A stretch of 62,205 nt of DNA, counting the filler, from Piptocephalis cylindrospora (Eukaryota): the NCBI GenBank assembly GCA_003614145.1. It is 25 parts of 25 records of this genome, joined end to end, with 100 filler letters (N's around TTAATTAATTAA, not from the genome) between each part and the next. Parts side by side here need not be neighbours in the genome. Positions count along the whole stretch, not along the records: positions 1 to 2,458 come from KZ988956.1; positions 2,559 to 4,905 come from KZ988957.1; positions 5,006 to 7,461 come from KZ988958.1; positions 7,562 to 9,995 come from KZ988960.1; positions 10,096 to 12,526 come from KZ988961.1; 20 more parts are not named here. One strand, written 5' to 3'. A model generated the notes under the pieces. That model was not told the DNA's origin and did not search any database. It worked only from the letters and a program-made list of their open reading frames with translations. Both the position numbers and the translations under genes were made by a program. Shown one piece after another: positions 1 to 12,420 of the stretch (position 1 is its first letter; every line of letters begins with the position of its first letter).

Positions 1-866
1 TGCCATAAACAAGGGGAGAGAGAGATCCGAAATGATGATCATGCCTTTGGGAAAAGATGGTATCCCCTGGAGTAAAATTGCTTTGCGCTAGTCCTTCATC
101 ATCGTCCTAGCTCGAACATCGCTGCGACTACTGTAATGCTCCAGCGCAGCCAGGCTTCCTTCCCCATCCTATATTCATATCCTTTGATATGATCAGCCGA
201 GAAGTACTTGTGCATGTCTGCCTAGGTCTTCAGACCTCCTGTACTTTATCCGGATAGCCAAAAGGCCATGGGGTTTAAGGCTCAAGCGGCCGTATCTGAC
301 CAACCACATCTCACCCTGTGTCATAGAATCCAAGATCCTGTCTTGCTCCTGTCTCTCTCCTTTCCTGCCTCCCCTGGAACCAGGCAGTGGGGGCGGAGGG
401 TGAGTATGTGTACGTGACCACAGCGGATGGACTGATCCTCCTCTCACCCTCACATTCTTTGTCCCTAGTGATTGCCCTGCAATGTGCAGATCACCTGAGC
501 TGGACAGAGTCGACAAGTGAGCGGGGGAATCGAGGCGCGGGGTACCCAGTTAGGTCATTGTTCACCCGTTGAGTGATGGAGAGAGCGAAGGACTCACGAC
601 TGCGGGGTCAATGATGACGATACCTTTTCTGGGTATGAGTAAAGAGGGCATAGGTCATGCGGGGAGGGCAGGGGAGGCCACCTTTTAGTAGAGGGGCCTT
701 TCATTATAAAAGACCCCTTTCCCACCCCTCCTCATCTCCCACCCCTCCTCCGTTTTTTCCTGTACTCTCTCACTCATCCATCCACCCATCGCCATTTTTC
801 CTCAACGGACCAACTCACCCAACCCATTATCTCAGCTCCCCCCTTTTCCCATTGACTATCACTACG

Positions 867-2255
867 ATGCAATCATCCGCATCCCTCATCAAGGAAGACG
901 CCACCTATGGCGCTCACAAGTAAGTCCCAACCCAGCTTGATCTGCCCCCCCCCCCCCCCCCCCCCCCGCCCCCCCCCCCACCACTCCCTCCCCCCCCCCC
1001 CCCCACCCCCCCGACCCCGCCTATTGTCATGGATCGGGGCGAGGGTATCTGGGTCTGGGACCCAGAGGGCAATAAATACATGGACTTTCTCAGTGCCTAC
1101 TCGGCCGTCAACCAGGGTCATTGCCATCCCAAGATTCTTAAGGCCCTAACGGATCAGGCTAGCCGCCTATGTCTCTCTTCCCGAGCCTTCTACAACTCGG
1201 TTTTCCCCAAGTACGCCAAGTACGTGACAGAGTATTTCAAGTACGATATGGTCCTCCCCATGAGCACGGGGGCCGAGGCCGTTGAAACGGGGATTAAGCT
1301 CGCTCGTCGCTGGGGCTACGACAAAAAGGGAATCCCGGATGGCGAGGCTATTGTCCTGTCCGCCACCAACAATTTCCACGGTCGGACCATGACCGTCATC
1401 TCCATGTCCACGGACCCTTCCTCCCGGGGCGGCTTTGGCCCCTACCTCCCCAACGTCGGGTGCATGTGCCCAGCCGGTAAGGGTTCTATTCGGTACAATA
1501 ATATTGGTGACTTGGAAAAGGCCTTTGAGGCTCATGGCCCCAACGTGGCCGCCTTCCTCGTCGAGCCCATCCAAGGAGAGGCAGGGATCTGCGTGCCCGA
1601 TAATGACTATTTGTCCAGGGCGTACGAGCTATGCAAGAAGCACAATGTCCTCTTTATCGCCGATGAGATCCAGACTGGTATCGCGCGGACAGGAGCCATG
1701 CTTTGTATTGAGCACTCTGGGGTCCGGCCTGACATGGTCCTCCTAGGAAAGGCCCTGTCCGGGGGAGTGTACCCTGTCAGTGCCGTCCTAGCCGATAAGG
1801 ATATCATGCTATGCATTAAGCCTGGGGAGCACGGATCCACCTACGGAGGCAATCCTCTGGGCTGTGCCGTGGCCATTGCAGCCTTGGAGGTGGTCAAGGA
1901 GGAAGGGTTGGTGGAAAAGTCACGAAAGCTCGGAGAGACTTTCCGATCCTCCCTCCGCTCCCTCAATTCCCCCTACATCAAAGAGGTCCGCGGCAAGGGT
2001 CTCCTGAATGCCATTGAGATTGATGAATCCAAGCTAGAGGGCGATGGTAAGACGGCGTGGCATCTTTGCCTTCTCCTCAAGCAGCACGGTCTTCTGGCCA
2101 AGCCCACCCACGACACCATCATCCGCCTGGCCCCTCCCTTATGTATCACAGCCGAAGAGCTGGAGCAAGGAGTCGGGATCATCCGCGACAGTCTGGAAAA
2201 GCTGGCTCACGTTAATGTCAAGGACATCCCAGGAGCGGAGGAAGAGGAACATTAA
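867..2255 (+). CDS. CAR2: Ornithine aminotransferase (class III PLP aminotransferase). Exon 1 is 867-919; the intron starts at 920 and its 3' end is obscured by poly-C; the main exon runs from ~1010 to 2255.
   Basis: Exon 1 reads [17 protein letters not shown](N) followed by a GTAAGT donor. The main ORF has [47 protein letters not shown] (PLP lysine) and [10 protein letters not shown]. Confidence 0.95.
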
Positions 2256-2458
2256 CAAGGAAGAGGGTAGGGATGCAGCTTGCATGCACATGATTTACAA
2301 TATAGGACGGTCCTTTCCTTGCTATTATAGTACCCTTCTTCCCCCCCCCCCAACGCCCTTTCCCCCCAACCGCACCATGTTATAAGCTTAAGGCTCTTGC
2401 CTTCCCCCCCCCCCTCGACTGCCCCTTGGGTGTGAGTTTCCCCATAAGACAATAAATT

Positions 2459-2558
2459 NNNNNNNNNNNNNNNNNNNNNNNNNNNNNNNNNNNNNNNNNN
2501 NNTTAATTAATTAANNNNNNNNNNNNNNNNNNNNNNNNNNNNNNNNNNNNNNNNNNNN
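2459..2558. other. Artificial contig spacer, 44N-TTAATTAATTAA-44N. This is the first of 24; the others start at 4906, 7462, 9996, 12527, 15057, 17474, 19888, 22411, 24930, 27448, 29962, 32473, 34981, 37377, 39881, 42383, 44885, 47381, 49876, 52369, 54751, 57241 and 59724.
   Basis: An identical 100-nt block with stops in all six frames recurs every ~2.4-2.55 kb, and genes are cut at its edges. Confidence 0.99.
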
Positions 2559-2869
2559 GTGGGCGTGTGGTATGTGGAGGAGCTGGGTCGGAGAGAGAGA
2601 GAGGGAGAGAGGGGGAAAGTGAGTAGGAGAGTAAAGGGACAGTGGAGTAGGGATGAATGCACTGATGTGACCTCTGTTGTTATTGTATGCGTAAAGGAAG
2701 ATGGGATGGGAGGGAGAATGCAGTTGCTGTTGAATGATCACCCGAGAGGGAAAGCCAAGTGTGATCTCATGAGGACGATGATGATTAGGGGGAGGATAGC
2801 TATATATACACAGACACACACAACACCATCCACATTGCCAAAAACCATCTCCATCACGATCATCATGGT

Positions 2870-3442
2870 TCATACAACCCCATCGTAAAGCGTCATGGCT
2901 TGGACAATGGTAGGGTCCTGCTTGGAACCCTCACGGAACTCCTCCATACTCAGTTTTCCATCCCGATTCGTGTCCATGAGGGTGAAGATCTTGTTGACTC
3001 GCTTCTCCGGCGTATCCTCGTCGTCGGGGAGTTGGACCATGCCACCGACCATTTTGTAGATGGCCTCGACAATGCGCTGCATCTCCTCGCGGGTGATGAA
3101 GCCATCGTGGTCAATATCGTAGAGCTGGAAGGCCCATACTAATTTTTCATCCATTTTACCTCGGGAGGTGATGCTCAGAGCACAGATGAATTCCTTAAAA
3201 TCGATCCGGCCATTGCCATCGCCGTCAAAGACGTCAAAGACATACTCGGCAAAGCGAGTGGGGTCGCCAAAAGGGAAGAATTGCTTGTAGAGGGCCCGGA
3301 ACTCATTTCGATCCAGCTGACCCGAGGGGCAATCCTTGATAAAGCCTTTGTACCATTCCTGCAGTTCCTTCTTGTCAAAGTACGTGCACTGTTGCAGGTC
3401 CACCAGCTGTTCCGGGCTGAGTTTACTGTTGGATTTTCCCAT
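2870..3442 (-). CDS. FRQ1: Frequenin / neuronal calcium sensor-1 EF-hand protein, 190 aa, intronless
   Basis: Starts [13 protein letters not shown] (myristoylation motif). Contains [22 protein letters not shown], and EF hands [25 protein letters not shown] and [13 protein letters not shown]. Confidence 0.97.
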   Translation of the reverse strand: MGKSNSKLSPEQLVDLQQCTYFDKKELQEWYKGFIKDCPSGQLDRNEFRALYKQFFPFGDPTRFAEYVFDVFDGDGNGRIDFKEFICALSITSRGKMDEKLVWAFQLYDIDHDGFITREEMQRIVEAIYKMVGGMVQLPDDEDTPEKRVNKIFTLMDTNRDGKLSMEEFREGSKQDPTIVQAMTLYDGVV

Positions 3443-4240
3443 CGTAGTGGTGGTGGGGATCGGGAAGTAAGGATGGGAAGGAGGAGGAGGAGGAGGAAAG
3501 CAGGTTGAAATGGGGGGCAGGGAAGAAAGAGAGTGGGAGACACGGTGGGGTGGGGAGTAGGACAAGGAAGGAAAGGGAGAGGGCCTTTTAAAGTGGTTTC
3601 TAAGCAAGGAAGCCTCTCACCCTTCTTTAGTGTGGAGGGAGAGATGTTCTTTACACACACACACACACGCACACAGGCACACACGCACACATAGCGAGAG
3701 AGAGGGGAAGTGACACTTGGAGTGTATTGGTCAGGGCAAAGGGTGCACTTGGGTAAGCGGTGTGTGTGCTTGAGGAGAGACAGATGGAATAATGAGGGAG
3801 ATGAAGCGCTCGTACAGGCAGGAGGGGAAGGGTATCCAGCATATATCCGGTAGTGTGGATGGGATAGCTTCCCCAGTCAAGAGACGCACGGTGATATTCA
3901 TGACCGATGGTAAAAAGGGCCAAGGGGGAAGCGCAAGAATCGGGATGGGGTAGGATGGGATGGACGTGTGATGAAGAAGGAAGGATGGAAGTGAATGATG
4001 GAAAGAGAGGTGACCACAGCATCCTTCCATGGATTCCTTCTATTTCCTTTTCGATGGGCTCACCAGGATCAGCGGGATGGTCATCCACCCCCTACTCAGA
4101 CAGATGAGAGAGCGGGGATAAAGTGCTCCTCCCCTGTGCGGTTTGAAGAGTAAGGGGTGTTGAGACATAATGTGTATGCGTGCCAAGCACATCACCCCGC
4201 CATACTGTGTGTCAAGGGTCAAAGTGAGGCATAAACACAT

Positions 4241-4280
<40 letters not shown>

Positions 4281-4544
4281 GCACGCACAGAAGAGGGAGG
4301 GGACCATGCCTTGTCGATGATGATTCATGACCTAGACAGGCTTAAGCAAGCACCTCTTCGTGTCAAAGAGAGGACTGAGGATAAATCTCACTTTGTAGAG
4401 GGGAACCCTGATGGCTTTCACGTGATGATAAATCGACATTGAGCGAGGGGTGGAGGGGTGACCCCAGACTGTGATTCATCCCCTCGTGTTGTTGGGATAG
4501 AAGGATCTTTTTTGTCCTCGTCCAAAGCACACACAACCATATCA

Positions 4545-4905
4545 TTAATCCACCCGCTCCTTCCCTCCTTTCGAAGGGGGTGCAGTGGGTCGATAAGCCC
4601 CAGCAACCATTAGTAGGTTCCTCGGGGACCATTTAACCTCATAGACTGGGGTGTCCTTGGTGGACCAAGCCCCAATCATCTCCCCGCTCACCTTTCCCTT
4701 TTCTTTTTGCGAGGAGGAGGAAGAGGAAGAGGAGGACTTGACATCCCATACTCGAACAATACCCCGGGCATCTCCACTGGCTAAAGCTCCACCATCCTTA
4801 CTCCAATCCAGAGCCCAAATGGGTGATGATTTCCCGAACCCCCCCTTGCCCTCCCCACATCCTTCATGACCATGATGGACAATCCTCCCCGATGCCACAT
4901 CCCAT
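4545..4905 (-). CDS. TAF5: 3' end of a WD40 protein, most likely TFIID/SAGA subunit Taf5 (5'-truncated)
   Basis: WDVASGR...IWALDWSKDGGALASG...VRVWDVK, ending in the Taf5-type tail TKDTPVYEVKWSPRNLLMVAGAY. Confidence 0.8.
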
Positions 4906-5005
4906 NNNNNNNNNNNNNNNNNNNNNNNNNNNNNNNNNNNNNNNNNNNNTTAATTAATTAANNNNNNNNNNNNNNNNNNNNNNNNNNNNNNNNNNNNNNN
5001 NNNNN

Positions 5006-6712
5006 ATCCTTGAGAGCCTGAACTTTGCATTTCCACCACTTGGATACCACTGTAGAAGAAAGAGAGGAGGAAAGGGGCTTTAGAAGATCTGATCCACACG
5101 TCCCATCGATCAAGAAAGCACAATAGTATACGCTCCCTCATGAACTTACGCTGCTTTCCTTGAGGCCTTTAACCTGGCCTCCTCCTTACTCATCACATGC
5201 TTCTTCTTCTTCTTCTTCTTCTCTTCGGTTCTGGTCCCTTCATCTTGATCAAAAATACGCTTTATTCCAGCGAGAGGTTTGCTATAGGTGCGCGTGTAAG
5301 GAAGAGAGAGGGATGAGTGGATTTAATTATGGATTAGTCCACTCTACATTCAAAAAAAAGACTTACCCAGTGGAGCCAATGGCCTCCTTGACTTCCTTCT
5401 CCTCCTCTTCAACCTCCTTCAGGATACTAAGAGGAAGGCCGCCGACCACAGGGGCAGCCTCGGTGGAAAGCTGAGCCTCGATCCGTAGCTTCTTCTCCTT
5501 TTGCGCCTCTTTCCTAGCATCCTCGGCCTCCTTTCTTCTTTGCCGATCTAGAGCGGCTTGGGCCTCAGCGGCCATTTGAGCGGCCTTGACCCTTTCTAGA
5601 GCCCTAGTCCGACTACTCTTGAAGGATGCCTCCTCCGGGGCCTCTTCATCCGATTCATCTTGATCCTTCTGCTCAGAAGCTACCTTACCCTCCTCTTCCA
5701 TCTCTCCATCATCATTATCATCGTCGTCCGAATCCCCAAAGACAATGTACTTTCCGGGAAGGGAGGAGCGATCGGCCATGGGTGAAGGAATGGGCATGGA
5801 GGCGGAAACACCGTAAGCGCTCTTTCCAGATTTGCGCGTGCGGCCCTTAGGCTCCTTTATCTCCTCCTCATCTGAGGCCCCAGTGCCCACCACGGCGGTA
5901 AATGCCTGTCGGACCCGGGCAGCAGCCCGGTCAAAGAGGCCAAAAGACTTCCTTTCCTCTTGTTTCTCATCAGGTCCTTGCTCAGCTTTTTTCTTGGGTT
6001 GGTCCTTGACCTTTTTAGACTTGGTAGAGGGAGTCTCCTTTTCATTCGCCTTTTCCTTTTCATTGACCTCCTCCTTGTCCTTGGTCTCATCCTTCTCCTT
6101 AATGTCACACATATCAAAATCCTCCTCAGTCATGGAAGAGCGCTTTCGGGTGATGGAGGTGGGACGACGACGAGTGACAGGGCCCAAGGAGGCGTCGGGC
6201 TCCGGGGTGGAGCCACGTAGACGGGAGCTACGTCTAGAGGGCTCAGCACTCCCTTCACGGCTACGGGTACGTCGGGGAGGCTCAGTACTCCCTTCCCGGC
6301 TACGGGTACGACGAATTGGCTGAGATGGGGAAGTGCCTTCCATAGCTGGGGCAGGGGGAGTGGATGACCGTCGAGTCCGGACTGGCGTCTTGGTCACGGG
6401 GGGGACAGGGACTTCTGTGGTGGTGGTAGCCGAGCCCTTAGCCCCCTTCTTCTTACCCTCAGTCCTGGTGCCCTTGGGAGGGGGCGTAGCCAGATCCTCC
6501 TTGAGGGAAGTAATTGTCTGGCTGGCTCCCTTGGGTTCGGGGGTCGAGGAGGTAGCGCGACTACGGGTGTGACGAGCTGGGGGGGAGGAGGGCAAGGGAA
6601 GAGTGGGAGTAGAGGGAGGATCCACAGAAGTGGCAGGGTCCGTCGAGGAAGAGGAGGAAGAAGGGGCGGGCTCTTCCGAGGAGAGCCGGGAGGATCTTCG
6701 GGTAGCCACCAT
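5006..6712 (-). CDS. Low-complexity charged protein, probably U3 snoRNP-associated (NOL7/Bud21-like). This is the 5' part; the 3' exons are on the contig at 44985.
   Basis: ATG at 6712 (MVATRRSSRL), TRSR-type repeats, an acidic SDEEAPEEASF motif followed by a charged helix, and a GTAAGT donor after IGSTG. Confidence 0.6.
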
Positions 6713-7461
6713 GATATGCGAGCAAGGGATCTTGAAGAGGTAAGAAAGACAGTAAAGATGGGGAGATGGAAGAGGAGGGTAAGGTAGCTTCTGAGCAGAA
6801 GGATCAAGATGAATCGGATGAAGAGGCCCCGGAGGAGGCATCCTTCAAGAGTAGTCGGACTAGGGCTCTAGAAAGGGTCAAGGCCGCTCAAATGGCCGCT
6901 GAGGCCCAAGCCGCTCTAGATCGGCAAAGAAGAAAGGAGGCCGAGGATGCTAGGAAAGAGGCGCAAAAGGAGAAGAAGCTACGGATCGAGGCTCAGCTTT
7001 CCACCGAGGCTGCCCCTGTGGTCGGCGGCCTTCCTCTTAGTATCCTGAAGGAGGTTGAAGAGGAGGAGAAGGAAGTCAAGGAGGCCATTGGCTCCACTGG
7101 GTAAGTCTTTTTTTTGAATGTAGAGTGGACTAATCCATAATTAAATCCACTCATCCCTCTCTCTTCCTTACACGCGCACCTATAGCAAACCTCTCGCTGG
7201 AATAAAGCGTATTTTTGATCAAGATGAAGGGACCAGAACCGAAGAGAAGAAGAAGAAGAAGAAGAAGCATGTGATGAGTAAGGAGGAGGCCAGGTTAAAG
7301 GCCTCAAGGAAAGCAGCGTAAGTTCATGAGGGAGCGTATACTATTGTGCTTTCTTGATCGATGGGACGTGTGGATCAGATCTTCTAAAGCCCCTTTCCTC
7401 CTCTCTTTCTTCTACAGTGGTATCCAAGTGGTGGAAATGCAAAGTTCAGGCTCTCAAGGAT
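5006..7461. repeat. 699-bp inverted duplication (5006-5704 vs 6763-7461); probable amplification chimera
   Basis: The arms are reverse complements. A third copy (44985-45683) begins exactly at the same breakpoint. Confidence 0.93.
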
Positions 7462-7561
7462 NNNNNNNNNNNNNNNNNNNNNNNNNNNNNNNNNNNNNNN
7501 NNNNNTTAATTAATTAANNNNNNNNNNNNNNNNNNNNNNNNNNNNNNNNNNNNNNNNNNNN

Positions 7562-9995
7562 CGCCGATTAATGCTATGAGGCCCTTTGTCCATCTGCTAG
7601 ACGACAGTGAGCAGGACTTTGAGGAAGAACTGGAACTGGAAAGACTTCGACAACAGGCAGTTCGTCGAATCCGGGAGAACCAAGGAACTGACCGGGTCCT
7701 CAATGATCTAGATATTAAGATTGCTCTCCTGGAACGGAATAGTATTACTCTGGAGGAAGTGATCAAGGCATCTCGTCGACATTACCGAGTGGTGGATGAC
7801 CTGGAGTTGGCTCATGCTATGCTCAAGGGCTTGGACAAAGAGAGTCGACAGCGGCTTGAGGGCTATCAGCAACTTTTCTACCTTCTTCAGACTCACCCTC
7901 CTTACCTTGCCCGGCTCCTAACGGCACTTCGCGATGGAGCGCCTGACCGGGTAAAGAGGGTGGTGGAGACCGTCGTCCTAACCGTGTTTGGGTTTGCCCA
8001 GAACCCTCGGGAGGAGTATCTTCTTCTGAAGCTCTTCAAGGCGGCCATTGCCCAAGAGATGGAGGGGATTGAGTCACCTGAAGAATTCCTCCGGTCCAAC
8101 CCCACGTTCATTAAATTGGCCATCCATTATCAACGAGGAGCCAAGGAGCGTAAGTATCTTCGGGATCTTTTGCAGCCCCTCGTCCGGTACATCCTGGAGG
8201 ACCCAAACCTGGATCTGGAGACGGACCCTCTTGTCATCTACCGGAGTCTAATTCGGGAAGAGGAATCCAGGACCGGAGTGAGAAGCGCCAGGACGTATGA
8301 CGTGACGCGGGAGGATGCGCTTGCGGACGTGGACACACGATCCAGGCTCATTGAGCATCTGAAGCAACTTCGGGCCCTGACGGACCAGTTTGTTGAGGCC
8401 ATTCAATCGTCCCTCCCTTACATGCCCTATGGGATCCGGTATTTGGCAAAGGAGCTAAAGGAAGCTATGCTGCGAAAGTTTCCAGAGGAGCAAGAAACGC
8501 AGGTGATGAAAGTGGTGGGAAACCTAGTGTATTATCGATACATTAATCCGGCTATTGTGTAAGTAGGAGATAAGGGGAAAAGGGTATCTATTGGTCCTTC
8601 TTGTATTGGTCCTACCGTTTCATTTCATTTCATGTCAGTTCAACTCATCTCCCCGCTAAATTCAATTTCTAGTGCCCCAGAGTCCTTTGACGTGATTGAG
8701 ACGCTGGTGTCCCCGGGTCAGCGGAGAAAGTTGGCCGAGGTGGCCAAGATGTTGAATCAGGTGTCTATGGGTCGTTTATTTGACAAGGATAACCTATTTC
8801 TCCAGCCACTGAACAACTACGTGGCGTACACCTCGGAGAAATTTGCTAGGTACTCGCACGCCGTGACTGAAGTTCCAGACGCGGAACAATACTTTAGGAT
8901 GGATGAGTTCCAAGACTTTGTTACTACATCGAGCAAGCCCACAATCTACATTTCCCCCGAGGAGATGTTCTCCCTGCACGCTATTCTCGAGACAAATCTG
9001 GAACAGTTGGTGGATGGGCCAGGGGATCCGCTTCGTCAAGTGCTCATCGATCTTGGCCCTGCCCCTCACCTACCCGAGAGCATGGAGGAGGGGAAAGGAA
9101 GTGAAATCGCCCTGGAGCTCTCCAGCCACTTGGCCGGCAAGGATCAGGCTGGTGAGGTGGAAGGAGGCGAATCAGCCGGGATGAAACATTTGTTCTTCGA
9201 GACTAAACGGTCAATCCTCTACATCATTCGGATCCAGAGTGGGCCCAGCCTACTGGACATTATGGAAAGGCCGGTGACGCAGTGGGAGGAGCAAGAGTAC
9301 GCCCAGCTCCGAATGAAAGAATCCTCCCGGAAGGCCACCGTTCCCCGGCCCGCAGCAGCTCGTCAAAGTCTGATGAATCTTACAGGGTAAGAGAATGGAT
9401 ACATTAAATGGGAAAAGGATCGACATGGACACTCACCCCTCCCTCTCTCTCTCTCTAGGATTACCTTTGCGGGACTGAAGCAATCGGCCATGGAGAGCAT
9501 GAAGAAGTTGGAGGATGCTGGTATGATCACTCGGGAGAATGAGTACCAGGAGATGGTCAATGCGGTAGTGGCAGACATTCGGAATAAACACCGGCGTCGG
9601 ATCCAACGTCGGGAGGAGCTGGGAACGATCCGGGTGACCCTGGTGAATCTCGGAGAAAAGTCAGCGTATCTTGATGAGCAAAAGGAAGCGTACATGGATT
9701 ACATTCAAGGGTGCATGGCTCAGCTTTCGACCAAGATGTAAGTGTATTGAGGTGGAGAAGGGGGCAAGACGAGGTCTTTTATTACGTCTTCTCACAAACT
9801 CTATCCGCGTATGTCTCCTCGATGCAGGAAACGGTCAAGGGCACTTCCATTCACCAAGCAATATTTTCATCGGCGCGAACTGGAAAAGCTGGGAAGGGTG
9901 CCCAAGTTTGGGTCATACAAGTATACGGCGGAGAGACTGCATCAAAAGGGTGTACTTCTCGGGGTGGAGGGGTACAGTCCTCGACAGTATGATCG
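7562..9995 (+). CDS. IQG1: IQGAP-family protein (RasGAP and RasGAP_C regions), truncated at both ends. Exons 7562-8558, 8673-9386, 9459-9737, 9828-9995.
   Basis: FVHLLDDSEQDFEEELELERLR, LFYLLQTHPPYLARL, REEYLLLKLF, MPYGIRY, YYRYINPAIVAPESFD and FGSYKYTAERLHQKGVL. The three GT-AG introns preserve frame. Confidence 0.93.
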
Positions 9996-10095
9996 NNNNN
10001 NNNNNNNNNNNNNNNNNNNNNNNNNNNNNNNNNNNNNNNTTAATTAATTAANNNNNNNNNNNNNNNNNNNNNNNNNNNNNNNNNNNNNNNNNNNN

Positions 10096-10738
10096 GTGGA
10101 GATATATCCACGTCTTTATCTTCCCGTAGCACTGAAAGGATTTGTGCAAGATGATCCCGGATGAAGAGAATCGGGTCTATCAGGGAGGCGGGAAGCCCTA
10201 GAATCCCTCGCGTCCGCATATACGTCTTTCCCACTAGGCCGACAGTGCATCCTGAGGTCTGAGCAACCCGTCGTAGAGAGAGAGAGTCATGGCCTTCCCG
10301 AGATGCCGCATACATCGCCGCCGCCACCAAAGAGGGCCGCAGATGAGTGCGAGGCACCGTTTGCTGTACCTTTTCTAGCAAGTACTTTGCTCGCTCCTGT
10401 ATCCTCCCAGGGCCTATCCCCAGGGACTGGGCCAACTGTCGAATGGCCCGATGGGCCCGTTCCCCCCGTCTCACCCGGCCATCCATCCGGTCCCGAAGAC
10501 TGGCCGCTGACCTCCCACGGATCCGAGGCGGGAGGTTTGTCGAAATAGGCTTCCCCCGTCGGTCTACTCTCTGCCGTCCAGTCTCGGTGAGAAGGAAGGA
10601 TGTATCCTGCTGATCTTGTGTCCCAAGCAGGCTAACTTCCTGGGCAGCCGTGCTGGGGACCCTGATCAGTAAGCCGCACCGAATGCAATATGTCTCTCCA
10701 TCGTGCTCCTCCACTTCTGGATGAGTGCACGTAGCCAT
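10096..10738 (-). CDS. TFIIB/Brf-family transcription initiation factor (zinc ribbon plus first cyclin fold), 3'-truncated
   Basis: Zinc ribbon MATCTH...GETYCIRCG, then LVAAAMYAASREG..LSLRRVA.....VGKTY...LGL...IDPILFI, typical of a TFIIB repeat. Confidence 0.8.
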
Positions 10739-12420
10739 GGCTATCTGGTTGTTTCTAGATGTTGTGTAAAAAGAGGAGAATAGATGGGCTGGGATGGTAG
10801 TATGTCTTGGCACGGATGTCTTTGTTGACCTGTTGTTGACCGATGCCTCGTCTATCTAGTTTCAGCTTTGATTGGAAATGCGCGTATCACGATTGAGAAA
10901 TGTATTGGTATTTTATAGGCACACGCCCAAGGGACACATAAAAAGTATGCAGTTTTGAGAAAGATATGGTGGGGATAAATTGAGATAGAGGTACCATTGC
11001 AGCCCTAATAATAGTATAACGAAGACGCGAGATGGGGGCCAAGGCGGAAATGGTGATGGTGATGATCCGAGCTTTGCTGGCGATTTGTAGGTTAGGTTGG
11101 CACACAAGGAAGTACACTTTACTTCTATCTCAAGAATAAAATGGTATCTTGCACTTGTTAATTAGAAGACTAGTGCTCTCCAGGGAAAAGACATGCGGAT
11201 AACGCTGCTGCAACAGGTTTTAGATGGTGAACGAACCCAAGAGGTTACCCGATCCTTGAGGGTAATAGCCGCATCGAGAGGAAATAATCCGCATACGTCC
11301 TTGATAGTGTAAGCAATCTTTTTAGGCTTGATCGGTCCAGTAAGGGGAGCAATGACAGCACAGTTGGCTTCATACATAGGCTCGCAGAACTCTTGGTTGG
11401 AGTCGACAGCTTGGTTACCGATCTCATTGGAAAGCAAGACAGTAGCAGTGGAGTACGGAGCATGCTGCTGAGACTGAGCGGAGGTAGGGTTGAAGGTCGG
11501 GGGATTAGGCGGTGTGTTGGTATGAGAGGGGATGCCGTTTGGAACGAGCACTGGATGGGGGATCATGGGCTTTAGGAGATGCCTGGATGACCAATATTAG
11601 AAAGAGTGAGTATGGCAAAGAAGAAAGAGACGGTAAAATGGCTAATGAGTGAGGTTAACATTATCAAAGAGAAATGTATATGTATGCTCAAACCGCTCAT
11701 ATCTTAGTGATTAGCCGACTCCCAGCCTGATCGAGGATCCGAGCTTGATATCCAACGGATCAAGCGTTTTCAGCGAGACCGGAATTGGCTTCTAATTCAG
11801 GCGATCGTGCCGCCCTGGATTTGAATGGGCACGGTAAGGAGGATATAAATAGAAAAATCATATATTTTTTGGGGCCTCCACACTCGGTTTAACTATTGCA
11901 GAGTTCCCCCGGTAAAGAAGAGATTGAAGTACGCTTATTCGATAAATTAGAGACTGTTTGGCGTCTTACTCAATTCCATCGCATTTAAGCCCCTCCTACA
12001 CACTTTCTCCGAGCCTCTTCGTTTGGCACTACATTGCACACCGCCCCTCACTCTCACATACACACACAATGTGGAGAAGGTCGGAGTGAGCAGGGTGGAG
12101 TTGCTGGGCCTATCCCGTATTGCCCCCTCAGTAACACATCGCCTGGCCACTGTACGCCAAGTAGCCAAGCCTGTACAGGACATGTACAAGCAGTGGATGT
12201 GGCCACTAAATTGCCCACTCCTCCCACGTCCCTTTCCTTCTCCCACACCATCCTCTCGTCCCCAGCTCTTTGCCGTACCATCCCCATCTTCCCCCCCCCC
12301 CCCCCCCCCCCTCCCCCCCCCTCCCCCCCCCCCTCCCTTTTTTTTTCAACCCTTTCCCCCTTTTTTTCTTCCCCCCCATTCCCCCCCCCCTCTTCACTTT
12401 CCCCGCCACACCCAACACCC

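Noticed and set aside
11440..11478. In-frame TGA after VAVEYGACC as a possible selenocysteine codon
   Set aside because: It is not a CxxU/UxxC motif, another stop follows two codons later, and no SECIS or homology is evident.
11162..11566. 134-aa minus-strand ORF
   Set aside because: It has no recognisable domain and the region has competing splice-like signals on the plus strand, so I cannot support a call.
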